Shown here: in pieces, positions 1-7,285 of the stretch
Layout of the letters: the number at the start of each line of letters is the position of its first letter
Position numbering within the stretch: position 1 is the stretch's first letter
Assembly (NCBI GenBank): GCA_021399395.1
Contig: JAAFKJ010000027.1
Location: 1-12,616 of the forward strand
Length of the DNA: 12,616 bases
Direction: 5' to 3'
From: Candidatus Heimdallarchaeota archaeon
Lineage (GTDB): Archaea > Asgardarchaeota > Heimdallarchaeia > Heimdallarchaeales > Heimdallarchaeaceae
Program-made: the position numbers and the translations under genes
Notes under the pieces: model-generated
Seen by the model: only the letters and a program-made list of their open reading frames with translations
What the model was told of the DNA's origin: nothing
Databases searched by the model: none

Positions 1-290
1 CCTAAGGTTTCTACATCATAAATTACTTTGTTAGGGGGGAATGAAGAAAATTCTTTTTCTCGTGTCTCTATGAAAATGATGTTATGATTCTTTCTCAAAA
101 CTTTCACAGATTCTCTCCAGAGAAAAATATAGGAAATAAAACCAGAATAGTAAACGATATTCTTTGTGTCTTCATTTGGTTCATCTGCTCGAATAAAGAG
201 TACTCGCATCTTTACTCCATTAGGCAATTCGATGAACTTCTTCTCAGCTTCGTTTTCAAGATAATATTCATTCTCTGGTCTTCGAACCAT
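1..290 (-). CDS. Alpha/beta-fold hydrolase, N-terminal 96 codons (continues off the left edge; absent from the ORF track)
   Basis: Manual translation from ATG at 290: MVRRPENEYYLENEAEKKFIELPNGVKMRVLFIRADEPNEDTKNIVYYSGFISYIFLWRESVKVLRKNHNIIFIETREKEFSSFPPNKVIYDVETL(G), open to the edge. The pattern 'FIELPNG..IVYYSG...W....L.KNHNIIFIETRE..S...YDVETL' matches the start of Abhydrolase_1-type proteins (vllHG...W....L...y.vi..DlRGhG.S...y....l). The nucleophile motif lies outside the window. Confidence 0.75.
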   Translation of the reverse strand, partial: MVRRPENEYYLENEAEKKFIELPNGVKMRVLFIRADEPNEDTKNIVYYSGFISYIFLWRESVKVLRKNHNIIFIETREKEFSSFPPNKVIYDVETL

Positions 291-335
291 ATCTATGACT
301 TTTATGACTTGTATTTTTATGTTTCTATCTTAAAT

Positions 336-1334
336 TCAATCCAATCCTTTCACAATCTCTTCGGGCAAATAGACATCAAATTCACAGATAGAATCACCAC
401 TAATAACGGTCTTGACGGTTTTAACTTCTATAGGTTGATCTAATACTATTTCCCAGTAATTCTTATAATATCCTCCACTGCAATTACAGAATACTTTAGG
501 GATTTCATCAATTGTTTCATCAAGAATGGCTTCCTTAGCCCAAGGACAATGGCAGTAGTAGTAAGCTTTCATTTTATCATCTTTAGCATGGATATAGGCA
601 AGAGTCTCATGAGGGATTTTAATCACAGTTAGAATATTCCCTTTTCTGATTCCACCTTCAATACCGGGATGGTTTTTCGCATATTCAACTACCTCGTCAT
701 TAACTTCTTGTGTAAAGAAAAGTGTCCCTTCATCACGGTGTTTTTCCAAACCTGCAATGAATCTTTCTCTCTTCTGTTCCAAGAATTCATCTATATCTTT
801 GGAATTGAGAAACCGTTCTCGATCAGGTTTTCTCCATTCAGTATATGGATCACGAAGACCTTTAGCTAGGAAATTCTCACAGGTTTGTGCATCAACTTTA
901 GATTCGAATCTTGTGATTAACTTCTTAGTGTAATCTGGTTTCTTCTTGGGATCTATACCTAAGGGAGGGATTTCTGTATCTTTGAAGATTTCATCTCTAA
1001 ATTCCTTTCCGAATTCTTCTTCCAATCTTTTTGAAAAGTTTACCATTACTTCACTCCCATCAAGAACCTCTAATCCCCATACTATCAGGTTCTGATTATC
1101 TATAAAGCGACCATATCCAACTAAAACCTCATAAGTTAGACTTTTGTTTCGTTTTTGTTTTATGAGTTCTTCTGAAAAATCATAGAAATCCTCTGAATCA
1201 ATCTCTGAGAGATTCTTGTCTTTTTTAGCTATAAAAGAGTAAAAATCTTCAAGCACTTTCATTGCTTCTTCTACAACCTCCAGAGGGTTTTCTTTTTCAA
1301 TCAATCTTTGTTTAAATTTCTCTAAATCTTCCAT
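336..1334 (-). CDS. DUF6144-like Cys-rich protein (V4R-like C-terminal domain) with a helical N-terminal extension
   Basis: Long ORF (track start GTG 1343; in-frame ATG at 1334 preferred). The C-terminal pattern YYCHCPW..(x)..FCNCSGGY...WE.VLDQPIEVKTVKTVISGDSICEFDVYLP is the CxC...CxC...C arrangement I associate with DUF6144. The CDS is secure; the family call is from memory. Confidence 0.7.
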   Translation of the reverse strand: MEDLEKFKQRLIEKENPLEVVEEAMKVLEDFYSFIAKKDKNLSEIDSEDFYDFSEELIKQKRNKSLTYEVLVGYGRFIDNQNLIVWGLEVLDGSEVMVNFSKRLEEEFGKEFRDEIFKDTEIPPLGIDPKKKPDYTKKLITRFESKVDAQTCENFLAKGLRDPYTEWRKPDRERFLNSKDIDEFLEQKRERFIAGLEKHRDEGTLFFTQEVNDEVVEYAKNHPGIEGGIRKGNILTVIKIPHETLAYIHAKDDKMKAYYYCHCPWAKEAILDETIDEIPKVFCNCSGGYYKNYWEIVLDQPIEVKTVKTVISGDSICEFDVYLPEEIVKGLD

Positions 1335-1396
1335 TTTAAACACTTCTTGAATTAGTTAAGACACTTAAAAGATATACGTATTTAAAGCTGAAAGAG

Positions 1397-2029
1397 TTAT
1401 TCAAGTTTTCTCATTTTTCGCTTATGATTTAAAGAGGTTCCAACTCGTATTAGTACTAGAATCACCAGTATTCCAGCACCTACAATGAGGAAAATATACC
1501 AATTCTCCCCCCAGTCAAAACCATCTTGTGTTGGTGTGGTGTTTGTTGGAGTTTCTGTTCCAGAAGGAGTTGTAGGTTCTACATAAGGTTCGATATTAAA
1601 GTAAACCACCCAATCTGTAACAAAGGTTGGATCTTCCCCAAGTGTATAATTTGAAAACAAAGAAATTTTCATTTCTAATGAGCAATTTCCCCAGAGCGCG
1701 TCATATTGAAAGAAAACAGTTGTTTGACTTGAGGAGTTGATAACTGATAATCTAGACATTGGTGTATATCCAGAGAAGTGAGTAGAGATTCTATAATCAA
1801 CCCTAATATTGTAAATTTCAACGACTGATTCATTAAGTGATAGAAGCGTGACAGTTATTCCAAGTGGATGGAAATCGTCTGTAAGTTTATCCGAAGCAAT
1901 CTCTCCTGACAACCTGATACTTGTACCTGTCCCCCATTCCAATTCATTTTGTTCAGTTACAGCACTAACATGATGTAAAGGCAGGAATAACACACTAATA
2001 ATCAGAATAAGTATTAATGTCCTCTTCAT
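1397..2029 (-). CDS. Hypothetical exported cell-surface protein with signal peptide, Pro/Thr-rich linker and C-terminal TM anchor
   Basis: MKRTLILILIISVLFLPLHHVSA is a Sec-type signal peptide (ATG 2029; track start TTG 2041). It is followed by a beta-rich domain, the linker EPTTPSGTETPTNTTPTQ, the TM segment WYIFLIVGAGILVILVLI and a basic tail HKRKMRKLE. Several N-x-S/T sequons are present (NES, NSS, NCS, NYT, NTT). Confidence 0.8.
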   Translation of the reverse strand: MKRTLILILIISVLFLPLHHVSAVTEQNELEWGTGTSIRLSGEIASDKLTDDFHPLGITVTLLSLNESVVEIYNIRVDYRISTHFSGYTPMSRLSVINSSSQTTVFFQYDALWGNCSLEMKISLFSNYTLGEDPTFVTDWVVYFNIEPYVEPTTPSGTETPTNTTPTQDGFDWGENWYIFLIVGAGILVILVLIRVGTSLNHKRKMRKLE

Positions 2030-2064
2030 TGAACCACTCAATTATCTCATGGTTAGTATAAACA

Positions 2065-2079
2065 ACTATAAACTTTTTC
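2065..2079 (-). promoter_or_regulatory. Putative archaeal BRE-TATA promoter for the surface-protein gene
   Basis: The minus strand reads GAAAAAG-TTTATAGT, a purine-rich BRE directly followed by a TATA-like box. It lies about 25 nt above the TTG at 2041 and about 35 nt above the ATG at 2029. Confidence 0.45.
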
Positions 2080-2158
2080 AGAATTAGCACTTCAGGATTA
2101 TGTGTGCAATAGCTCTACACAAAAAAGACTTTTGAAATAGAAAATATATTTATGTTTA

Positions 2159-3793
2159 ATGAAAGACCATTCAGTAGATTCAGCAAAGAAAAACGTTGAA
2201 TTGCATAAACATCTAGAATTCGGTTACAATAAACCTATATGGAAGAAAATCAGAGAAAGCGCTGTTATCTTCGGAATATTGAATTTAGTGTGGTTTTTAT
2301 TTAGAACTGGTAAGAAACCAACAAGAATCACTTATCCTTGTCAACAAATTGCTCTGACTAATGTTTCAGCTAGCGCAAGTTCACTGCTTACTACAATATC
2401 ACTTTCTGTCATTTTCGTAAAAATGCGTAAGTTCTCAAGCATCGGAAAAATAGCCGCATTAGCCCTATTAATTTTATCTCCAGTTACTTCAGTAATCATT
2501 TTACAAACAACTGCCGCAGATAATGAAATCAGTTTCCCAATCAATCCTCAACTAGCTGCAGTTGAACCTAGTTCAGACATTTTCATTGTAAATGGTAGAG
2601 AAGAAGCTCATATTGATAATCTACTGAATATGATGGGTGACAATGGTCTTGATTTCTATGAATCCATTCTAGTCGATAATAACACTAGTCCTGATGGTTT
2701 AATTTCTTCATCTGATGTTGTTCTTATCAAGAATAATTGTCAATGGGATGAGCGCGGAGGAACTAATACAGATCTGATTAAAGAGTTAATCCAAGCCATC
2801 ATTAATCATCCAGATGGTTTTACTGGGGAGATTGTTATTGCAGACAATGGTCAAGGAAGAGGAAGTATGAATTGGGGAAACAATAATGCAGAAGACAAAT
2901 CACAATCTGTTCAAGATGTAGTAAATCAGTTTTCTTCTGTGTATCAGGTTTCAGCTTATCTCTGGGACGATATAAGAAGCGATCAGGTTTCTGAGTTTTC
3001 TGAAGGAAATATGGTCGACGGATATGTTGTAAATTCAACAGCTGATGCTGAAACTGAAATCAATGTTTCTTACCCTAAATTCACGACAACATATGGTACT
3101 AAAATCAGTTTCAAACATGGGATATGGAATGGGACTCATTATGAAGAAAGATTGAAAATCATAAACATGCCCATTCTTAAATCTCATTCTTCATTTGGTG
3201 TTACAGCTGCTATGAAACACTATATGGGAGTGCAATCCCAACCTCTTACTGATGGTCACAATAAGATAGATACTGGAGGTATGGCTACTTTAATGGTAGA
3301 GCTCGGATTACCAACGCTCAATATCCTAGATGCTATCTGGATAAATGCTCATCCTGAAACTTCTTCAGCAGAAGGACCAGGAACTGATTATGATGAAGCT
3401 ACAAGGGTCAATATGATATTAGCTAGTCTAGATCCAATTGCGCTTGACTACTGGGCAGCAAAAAACATTTTACTAAATGCATCAAAGCTTAGCGGATATT
3501 CGGACCCTTATTCTTTAGATCCTGATAGCACCAATAGTGATGGGCTGAGTGAAGCTTTTGGAATCTGGCTCAATAACTCGTTAGAAGAATTCGTAAGAGA
3601 GGGTTATGTTTTTACTATTATTGAAACTCACATGAATATTTACACCAATTCCGAAGTGCTAGATATTGAAGTATTGGTCACAGAACTATCCAGATACTTT
3701 AGTCTCTCCCTAGTAGTTTCAGCATTAATCTTAACAGCTGTAGTTACCACAGTAGTATTAAACAAAAAAAGGGATGCTAAAATTCAAAAATAG
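2159..3793 (+). CDS. DUF362 domain-containing membrane-anchored protein
   Basis: 544-aa ORF. DUF362-type motifs: DVVLIKNN, TNTDLIKELI, IVIADNG, IINMPILKSH..FGVTAAMKHYMG, LNILDAIW, GPG, ILASLDPIALDYWA. The N-terminal WFLFRTGKKPTRITYPCQQ segment is flanked by hydrophobic helices. A C-terminal TM (FSLSLVVSALILTAVVTTVVL) is followed by KKRDAK. Confidence 0.8.
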   Translation: MKDHSVDSAKKNVELHKHLEFGYNKPIWKKIRESAVIFGILNLVWFLFRTGKKPTRITYPCQQIALTNVSASASSLLTTISLSVIFVKMRKFSSIGKIAALALLILSPVTSVIILQTTAADNEISFPINPQLAAVEPSSDIFIVNGREEAHIDNLLNMMGDNGLDFYESILVDNNTSPDGLISSSDVVLIKNNCQWDERGGTNTDLIKELIQAIINHPDGFTGEIVIADNGQGRGSMNWGNNNAEDKSQSVQDVVNQFSSVYQVSAYLWDDIRSDQVSEFSEGNMVDGYVVNSTADAETEINVSYPKFTTTYGTKISFKHGIWNGTHYEERLKIINMPILKSHSSFGVTAAMKHYMGVQSQPLTDGHNKIDTGGMATLMVELGLPTLNILDAIWINAHPETSSAEGPGTDYDEATRVNMILASLDPIALDYWAAKNILLNASKLSGYSDPYSLDPDSTNSDGLSEAFGIWLNNSLEEFVREGYVFTIIETHMNIYTNSEVLDIEVLVTELSRYFSLSLVVSALILTAVVTTVVLNKKRDAKIQK

Positions 3794-3821
3794 AAGAGGA
3801 AATTTAGGCTTCAAGATAGGT

Positions 3822-3854
3822 GTAGATTGAGCTACTTAACAATCTACTCTTTTT
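3822..3854 (+). terminator. Stem-loop plus T-tract between convergent genes
   Basis: GTAGATTG (3822-3829) and CAATCTAC (3840-3847) form a perfect 8-bp inverted repeat with a 10-nt loop, followed by TCTTTTT. It lies about 30 nt after the DUF362 stop and overlaps the methyltransferase stop codon. Confidence 0.4.
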
Positions 3855-4446
3855 GTGCAAATACCCAAAATTGCAGTTCATCGCCCCTATCTAGTACTTC
3901 CTCAAAGAGTACATTGAAACCGGCTTCTTTTACTAATTCAGTTGTTTTCTCTGGCGGATAATTACTCCAAAACATATCGATTCCCCCTAAGAATTGAGAT
4001 AAATCATCACCACCCTCAGGTCCAACACAGAAGAACAAGACTCCTTCGGGTTTTAACATTCTGTAGAAATTTCGAAAAACATCGAAGTGTTTTTCTTTAG
4101 GAACATGAAATAGAGAGTATAGAGCTGTAATTCCATGAAATGATGAATCCTCAAAGTCAAGCTCATTCATATCATACCTAAAATACTCAGCTTCCGGAAC
4201 ATTTTTTCTAGCTAATTCCAGCATTTTTCCTGAGATATCAACACCTGTAACACCGTATCCTTTTCTAACTAGATAGCGAACAACAGGAATACCAGTTCCA
4301 CACCCTACGTCTAATATCTTTGCATTTTCTGGAAGAAGACTACACAAAAACTCTAGTTCTTGTTCATTTGAGAACTGACTTCTGAACACACCGAAGTGAG
4401 GAGCTATCTGATTATAACCTTCTCGAACTATTTCCTCCTTCTTCAT
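3844..4446 (-). CDS. Class I SAM-dependent methyltransferase
   Basis: Motif I KILDVGCGTG, post-I VTGVDISGKML, motif II region DMNELDFEDSSFHGI, SLFHVP, motif III LKPEGVLF. Substrate unknown. Confidence 0.93.
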   Translation of the reverse strand: MKKEEIVREGYNQIAPHFGVFRSQFSNEQELEFLCSLLPENAKILDVGCGTGIPVVRYLVRKGYGVTGVDISGKMLELARKNVPEAEYFRYDMNELDFEDSSFHGITALYSLFHVPKEKHFDVFRNFYRMLKPEGVLFFCVGPEGGDDLSQFLGGIDMFWSNYPPEKTTELVKEAGFNVLFEEVLDRGDELQFWVFAQKE

Positions 4447-4475
4447 CTATGCATCAATGCTCCATTTCTTTAGTT

Positions 4476-4515
4476 TTTTTAAACTTGTCCTTGTATTGTG
4501 AAAAACATAAATAAA
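4476..4515. promoter_or_regulatory. Putative back-to-back TATA elements of a divergent promoter region (methyltransferase / M20 gene)
   Basis: Plus strand GAAAAA-CATAAATA (4500-4513) ends 27 nt before ATG 4541. Minus strand TTTAAAAA (4483-4476) ends 29 nt before ATG 4446. Both spacings fit archaeal short-leader promoters. Confidence 0.4.
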
Positions 4516-4540
4516 CCCCCCTTATTTTAAAGGAAGTGTA

Positions 4541-6010
4541 ATGTCTGACACAATTGAGGAAATAAAGATTATTCCTGCGTTTCCAATAACAAAAGAAGAA
4601 AGAGAATTATTATCTATAGTTGATGATAAAGAAAGCGAAATAGTAGATTTACTTCAGAAGCTAGTGCAAACTGATTCAATGAATTTGTCTGCTGATATTT
4701 TTGTTGATAAATCTGAAATTTTTGATTTTACCAAGGGTTACATGGATAAAGCTGGTTTTAAAACTGATTACTTTAAAGCTCCATTCCCTAGTGGAAAGAA
4801 AGATGAGTTTTATTATAATCTGATTGCTTCATTTGAAGGAGAATCAAAGGGAAAAACACTACAATTTAATGGCCACTTAGATATCGTTCCTTACAATCCA
4901 GACAATTGGGATGAAGACACACCTCCCTTAGGTGGAGTTATCAAGGATGGAAAACTCTATGGCAGAGGTTCAATTGACATGAAAGCTGGTGTTGCATGTC
5001 AGATGATGGCTATGAAACTACTAAAAGAATCTGGAGCAAAAATCAATGGAAAACTTCAGATGTGGTTTGTTCCTGATGAAGAAACCCATGGAGCGTATGG
5101 ATCTAAGTTCATGCCACAAAATCATTTTGACGTTATTAATGCAGATGCTACAATTATTTCTGAACCTCGAATTAGTAAACCCATGCAAAGTCCATCAATA
5201 GGAATTAGTGAAAAAGGACCTCATTGGTTTAAGTTCACTTTCCACGGTGCAGCCGGACACGGGAGCTGGCCTAAGTGGAAGAGTAATGCGATCAACAAAG
5301 CAGTTAGGTTTATAGATAATTCTAAAAAGAAACTGAAAATTCCTAAGATCAAACCTCCAGTTACTAAGAAACAATCTTTGACGATGCTTAAAGATCGATT
5401 AGGTCTTGAAGGTTTGAAGGAATTCAGAAAATTTGTTCCAGAAAAACTACCTCTTGATAAAGATAAAAAAAACACATCAAATCTATACCAAACCACTTTC
5501 AGTTTCAACCAAATTAAAGCTGGAATAAAAACTAATGTTATACCAGATACTTGCGAACTCGAAGTAGATTTTCGAACTATGCCTGGGCTAGAATCACAAG
5601 ATCTAATTGATGCAATTGTCAAATATTGTACAAAACTTGGATACAAAATCGAACTTCCTGAAAGATTTACCAACCTTCAACATAGCAAATCAAAATTCAA
5701 AGATGAACCAATCGATATAACCATGTCAATTATTACCATTGGTGAAGGTTCTGCAACTAATCCAGATTCTGAATTTGGGAAAGTTCTTCGAAGTTCATTT
5801 GAAGCGATATATGAAGTAAGTCCCATCTACTCTTTTGCTACAGGATTTTCTGATGGTGGTAATATGAGAGAAGCAGGGATGAAAGACATTTTCATTATCG
5901 GACCCGGAGGAAGAGGTGCACATAATGCAAACGAATATGCAGATATTAGCACACTAAATGACATAACGAAACTGTATCTACTTGTAGCCTATCGCTATCT
6001 TAAGTTATAA
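4541..6010 (+). CDS. M20 family metallo-amidohydrolase (ArgE/DapE-like deacylase/peptidase)
   Basis: Metal and catalytic motifs FNGHLDIVP, LYGRGSIDMKAG, VPDEE, ISEP, G.AGHGS, TNVIPD.C..EVDFR, SDG, GPG...AHNANE. No signal peptide. The specific substrate cannot be assigned. Confidence 0.92.
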   Translation: MSDTIEEIKIIPAFPITKEERELLSIVDDKESEIVDLLQKLVQTDSMNLSADIFVDKSEIFDFTKGYMDKAGFKTDYFKAPFPSGKKDEFYYNLIASFEGESKGKTLQFNGHLDIVPYNPDNWDEDTPPLGGVIKDGKLYGRGSIDMKAGVACQMMAMKLLKESGAKINGKLQMWFVPDEETHGAYGSKFMPQNHFDVINADATIISEPRISKPMQSPSIGISEKGPHWFKFTFHGAAGHGSWPKWKSNAINKAVRFIDNSKKKLKIPKIKPPVTKKQSLTMLKDRLGLEGLKEFRKFVPEKLPLDKDKKNTSNLYQTTFSFNQIKAGIKTNVIPDTCELEVDFRTMPGLESQDLIDAIVKYCTKLGYKIELPERFTNLQHSKSKFKDEPIDITMSIITIGEGSATNPDSEFGKVLRSSFEAIYEVSPIYSFATGFSDGGNMREAGMKDIFIIGPGGRGAHNANEYADISTLNDITKLYLLVAYRYLKL

Positions 6011-6067
6011 AACAATATAAGCTTAAAAGTAGAAGGAATGGTTCGAATAGTACTCAAACCGCAACAA

Positions 6068-6072
6068 GGTGA
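6068..6072 (+). promoter_or_regulatory. Shine-Dalgarno GGTGA
   Basis: GGTGA lies 3 nt before ATG 6076 and 6 nt before ATG 6079, so the second ATG may be the true start. Confidence 0.55.
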
Positions 6073-6075
6073 AGT

Positions 6076-7230
6076 ATGATGCCAGATGAACAGAGTATTC
6101 AAGAAAAAATTGAACAAATAATGCAAAACCTTCCTGGTATAGGTATGGTAGAAGGAATTCCTACACCTAATTGGGATGAAACAGGAACTATTGAGCAAGA
6201 AATGGAAAAATATAACGTTCCTGGAGTAAGTATTGCGATTGTAAATAACTTTGAAATAGAATGGAGTAAATTCTATGGTATTCAGGATAAAGAATCAAAT
6301 AAGAAAATCACTAAAGAAACTTTGTTTGAAGCAGGTTCAACCTCCAAGATGTTTACTGCTATAGCAGCGTTATCATTAGTAGAAAAAAACTTAGTAGATC
6401 TTGACGAACCAGCTAATGATTATCTAAAATCTTGGAAGATTCCAGACAATGAATTCACCGCAGAAAACCCTGTAACACTAAGACAACTTCTAACACACAC
6501 ATCTGGCATGAATCGTCCTGATTCAATGTTTGGCGTTGAAGAAGGAGAAACTGTAAATATACTCCAAGTTCTTACTGGAGAATCTACAGCTTTAAATGAT
6601 CCTGCTACAATTGAGAAAATTCCAGGTTCAGAGCATCAATATTCTAATATTGCTTACATTGTAATAGAAAAATTATTACAAGATGTACTCCAGAAAGAAA
6701 CATCAGAGATAATGAAAGAACTCATTTTCAATCCTGTAGAAATGAAGCAAAGCCTTGCTGAATATCCATCAGATGCAACAGACATTATTCTGCCTCATGA
6801 TAATGAGGGACACGTAAAGAAATCAGGTTATGTCAAAGGTACTTTTGGTTGCGCAGGATTACTATCTACTCCAGAAGACATTGCAAGATTTACTATAGAT
6901 ATAATGAAAACTTATCAAGGTAAATCAAGTAAAATTATTTCTCAATCTACTCTAAAGGAAATGCTTAAAGCTCAACCTGAATTAGACCCTGCAAAATTCT
7001 TTGGTTGGACAGGACAAGGATTAGGAGTATTTCTAATTGAAGAAGAGGGTGATTTATTCTTTACACATCCCGGAACCAACTCACCAGGAGCAGTTTGTAT
7101 GATGATAGGAAACCCAAAAACAGGTCAAGGACTAGTGATGATGTCTAATGGAATAATGGCAGAATTATTACATATTGAAATTCTATTTGCAGTATCAAAA
7201 GCATATGATTGGTCAGTCTATAATCCTTAG
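6076..7230 (+). CDS. Serine hydrolase of the beta-lactamase class C / peptidase S12 family, predicted cytoplasmic
   Basis: VPGVSIAIV, F-x-x-x-S-x-x-K (FEAGSTSK), TLRQLLTHTSG, Y-x-N (QYSN), AGLLST.EDIARF, HPG at the third motif, LVMMSNG. No signal peptide. Confidence 0.92.
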   Translation: MMPDEQSIQEKIEQIMQNLPGIGMVEGIPTPNWDETGTIEQEMEKYNVPGVSIAIVNNFEIEWSKFYGIQDKESNKKITKETLFEAGSTSKMFTAIAALSLVEKNLVDLDEPANDYLKSWKIPDNEFTAENPVTLRQLLTHTSGMNRPDSMFGVEEGETVNILQVLTGESTALNDPATIEKIPGSEHQYSNIAYIVIEKLLQDVLQKETSEIMKELIFNPVEMKQSLAEYPSDATDIILPHDNEGHVKKSGYVKGTFGCAGLLSTPEDIARFTIDIMKTYQGKSSKIISQSTLKEMLKAQPELDPAKFFGWTGQGLGVFLIEEEGDLFFTHPGTNSPGAVCMMIGNPKTGQGLVMMSNGIMAELLHIEILFAVSKAYDWSVYNP

Positions 7231-7285
7231 ATTTTCTATTAAAAAAGTTAAGGTGATTTTGATTGTTTCAGCTCGGAAATAGTTT

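Noticed and set aside
84-443. 119-aa plus-strand ORF (also 669-869)
   Set aside because: Antisense shadows of the hydrolase and DUF6144-like genes, with no recognisable motifs.
1526-1579. Low-complexity GT-rich stretch as a DNA repeat
   Set aside because: Explained by the Pro/Thr linker codons of the surface protein.
2341-3038. Two 67-aa minus-strand ORFs (2341-2544, 2835-3038)
   Set aside because: Fully antisense to the well-supported DUF362 gene.
6038-6079. 13-codon upstream ORF MVRIVLKPQQGEV overlapping the serine hydrolase start (ATGA)
   Set aside because: Too short to support. The downstream gene has its own GGTGA, and such mini-ORFs arise by chance.
5221-6198. Minus-strand ORFs 5221-5673 and 5995-6198
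   Set aside because: Antisense to the M20 and serine hydrolase genes, with shadow-like composition.
6076-7230. Calling the gene ampC (antibiotic resistance)
   Set aside because: It has no signal peptide and HPG in place of KTG; most members of this family are peptidases, amidases or esterases.
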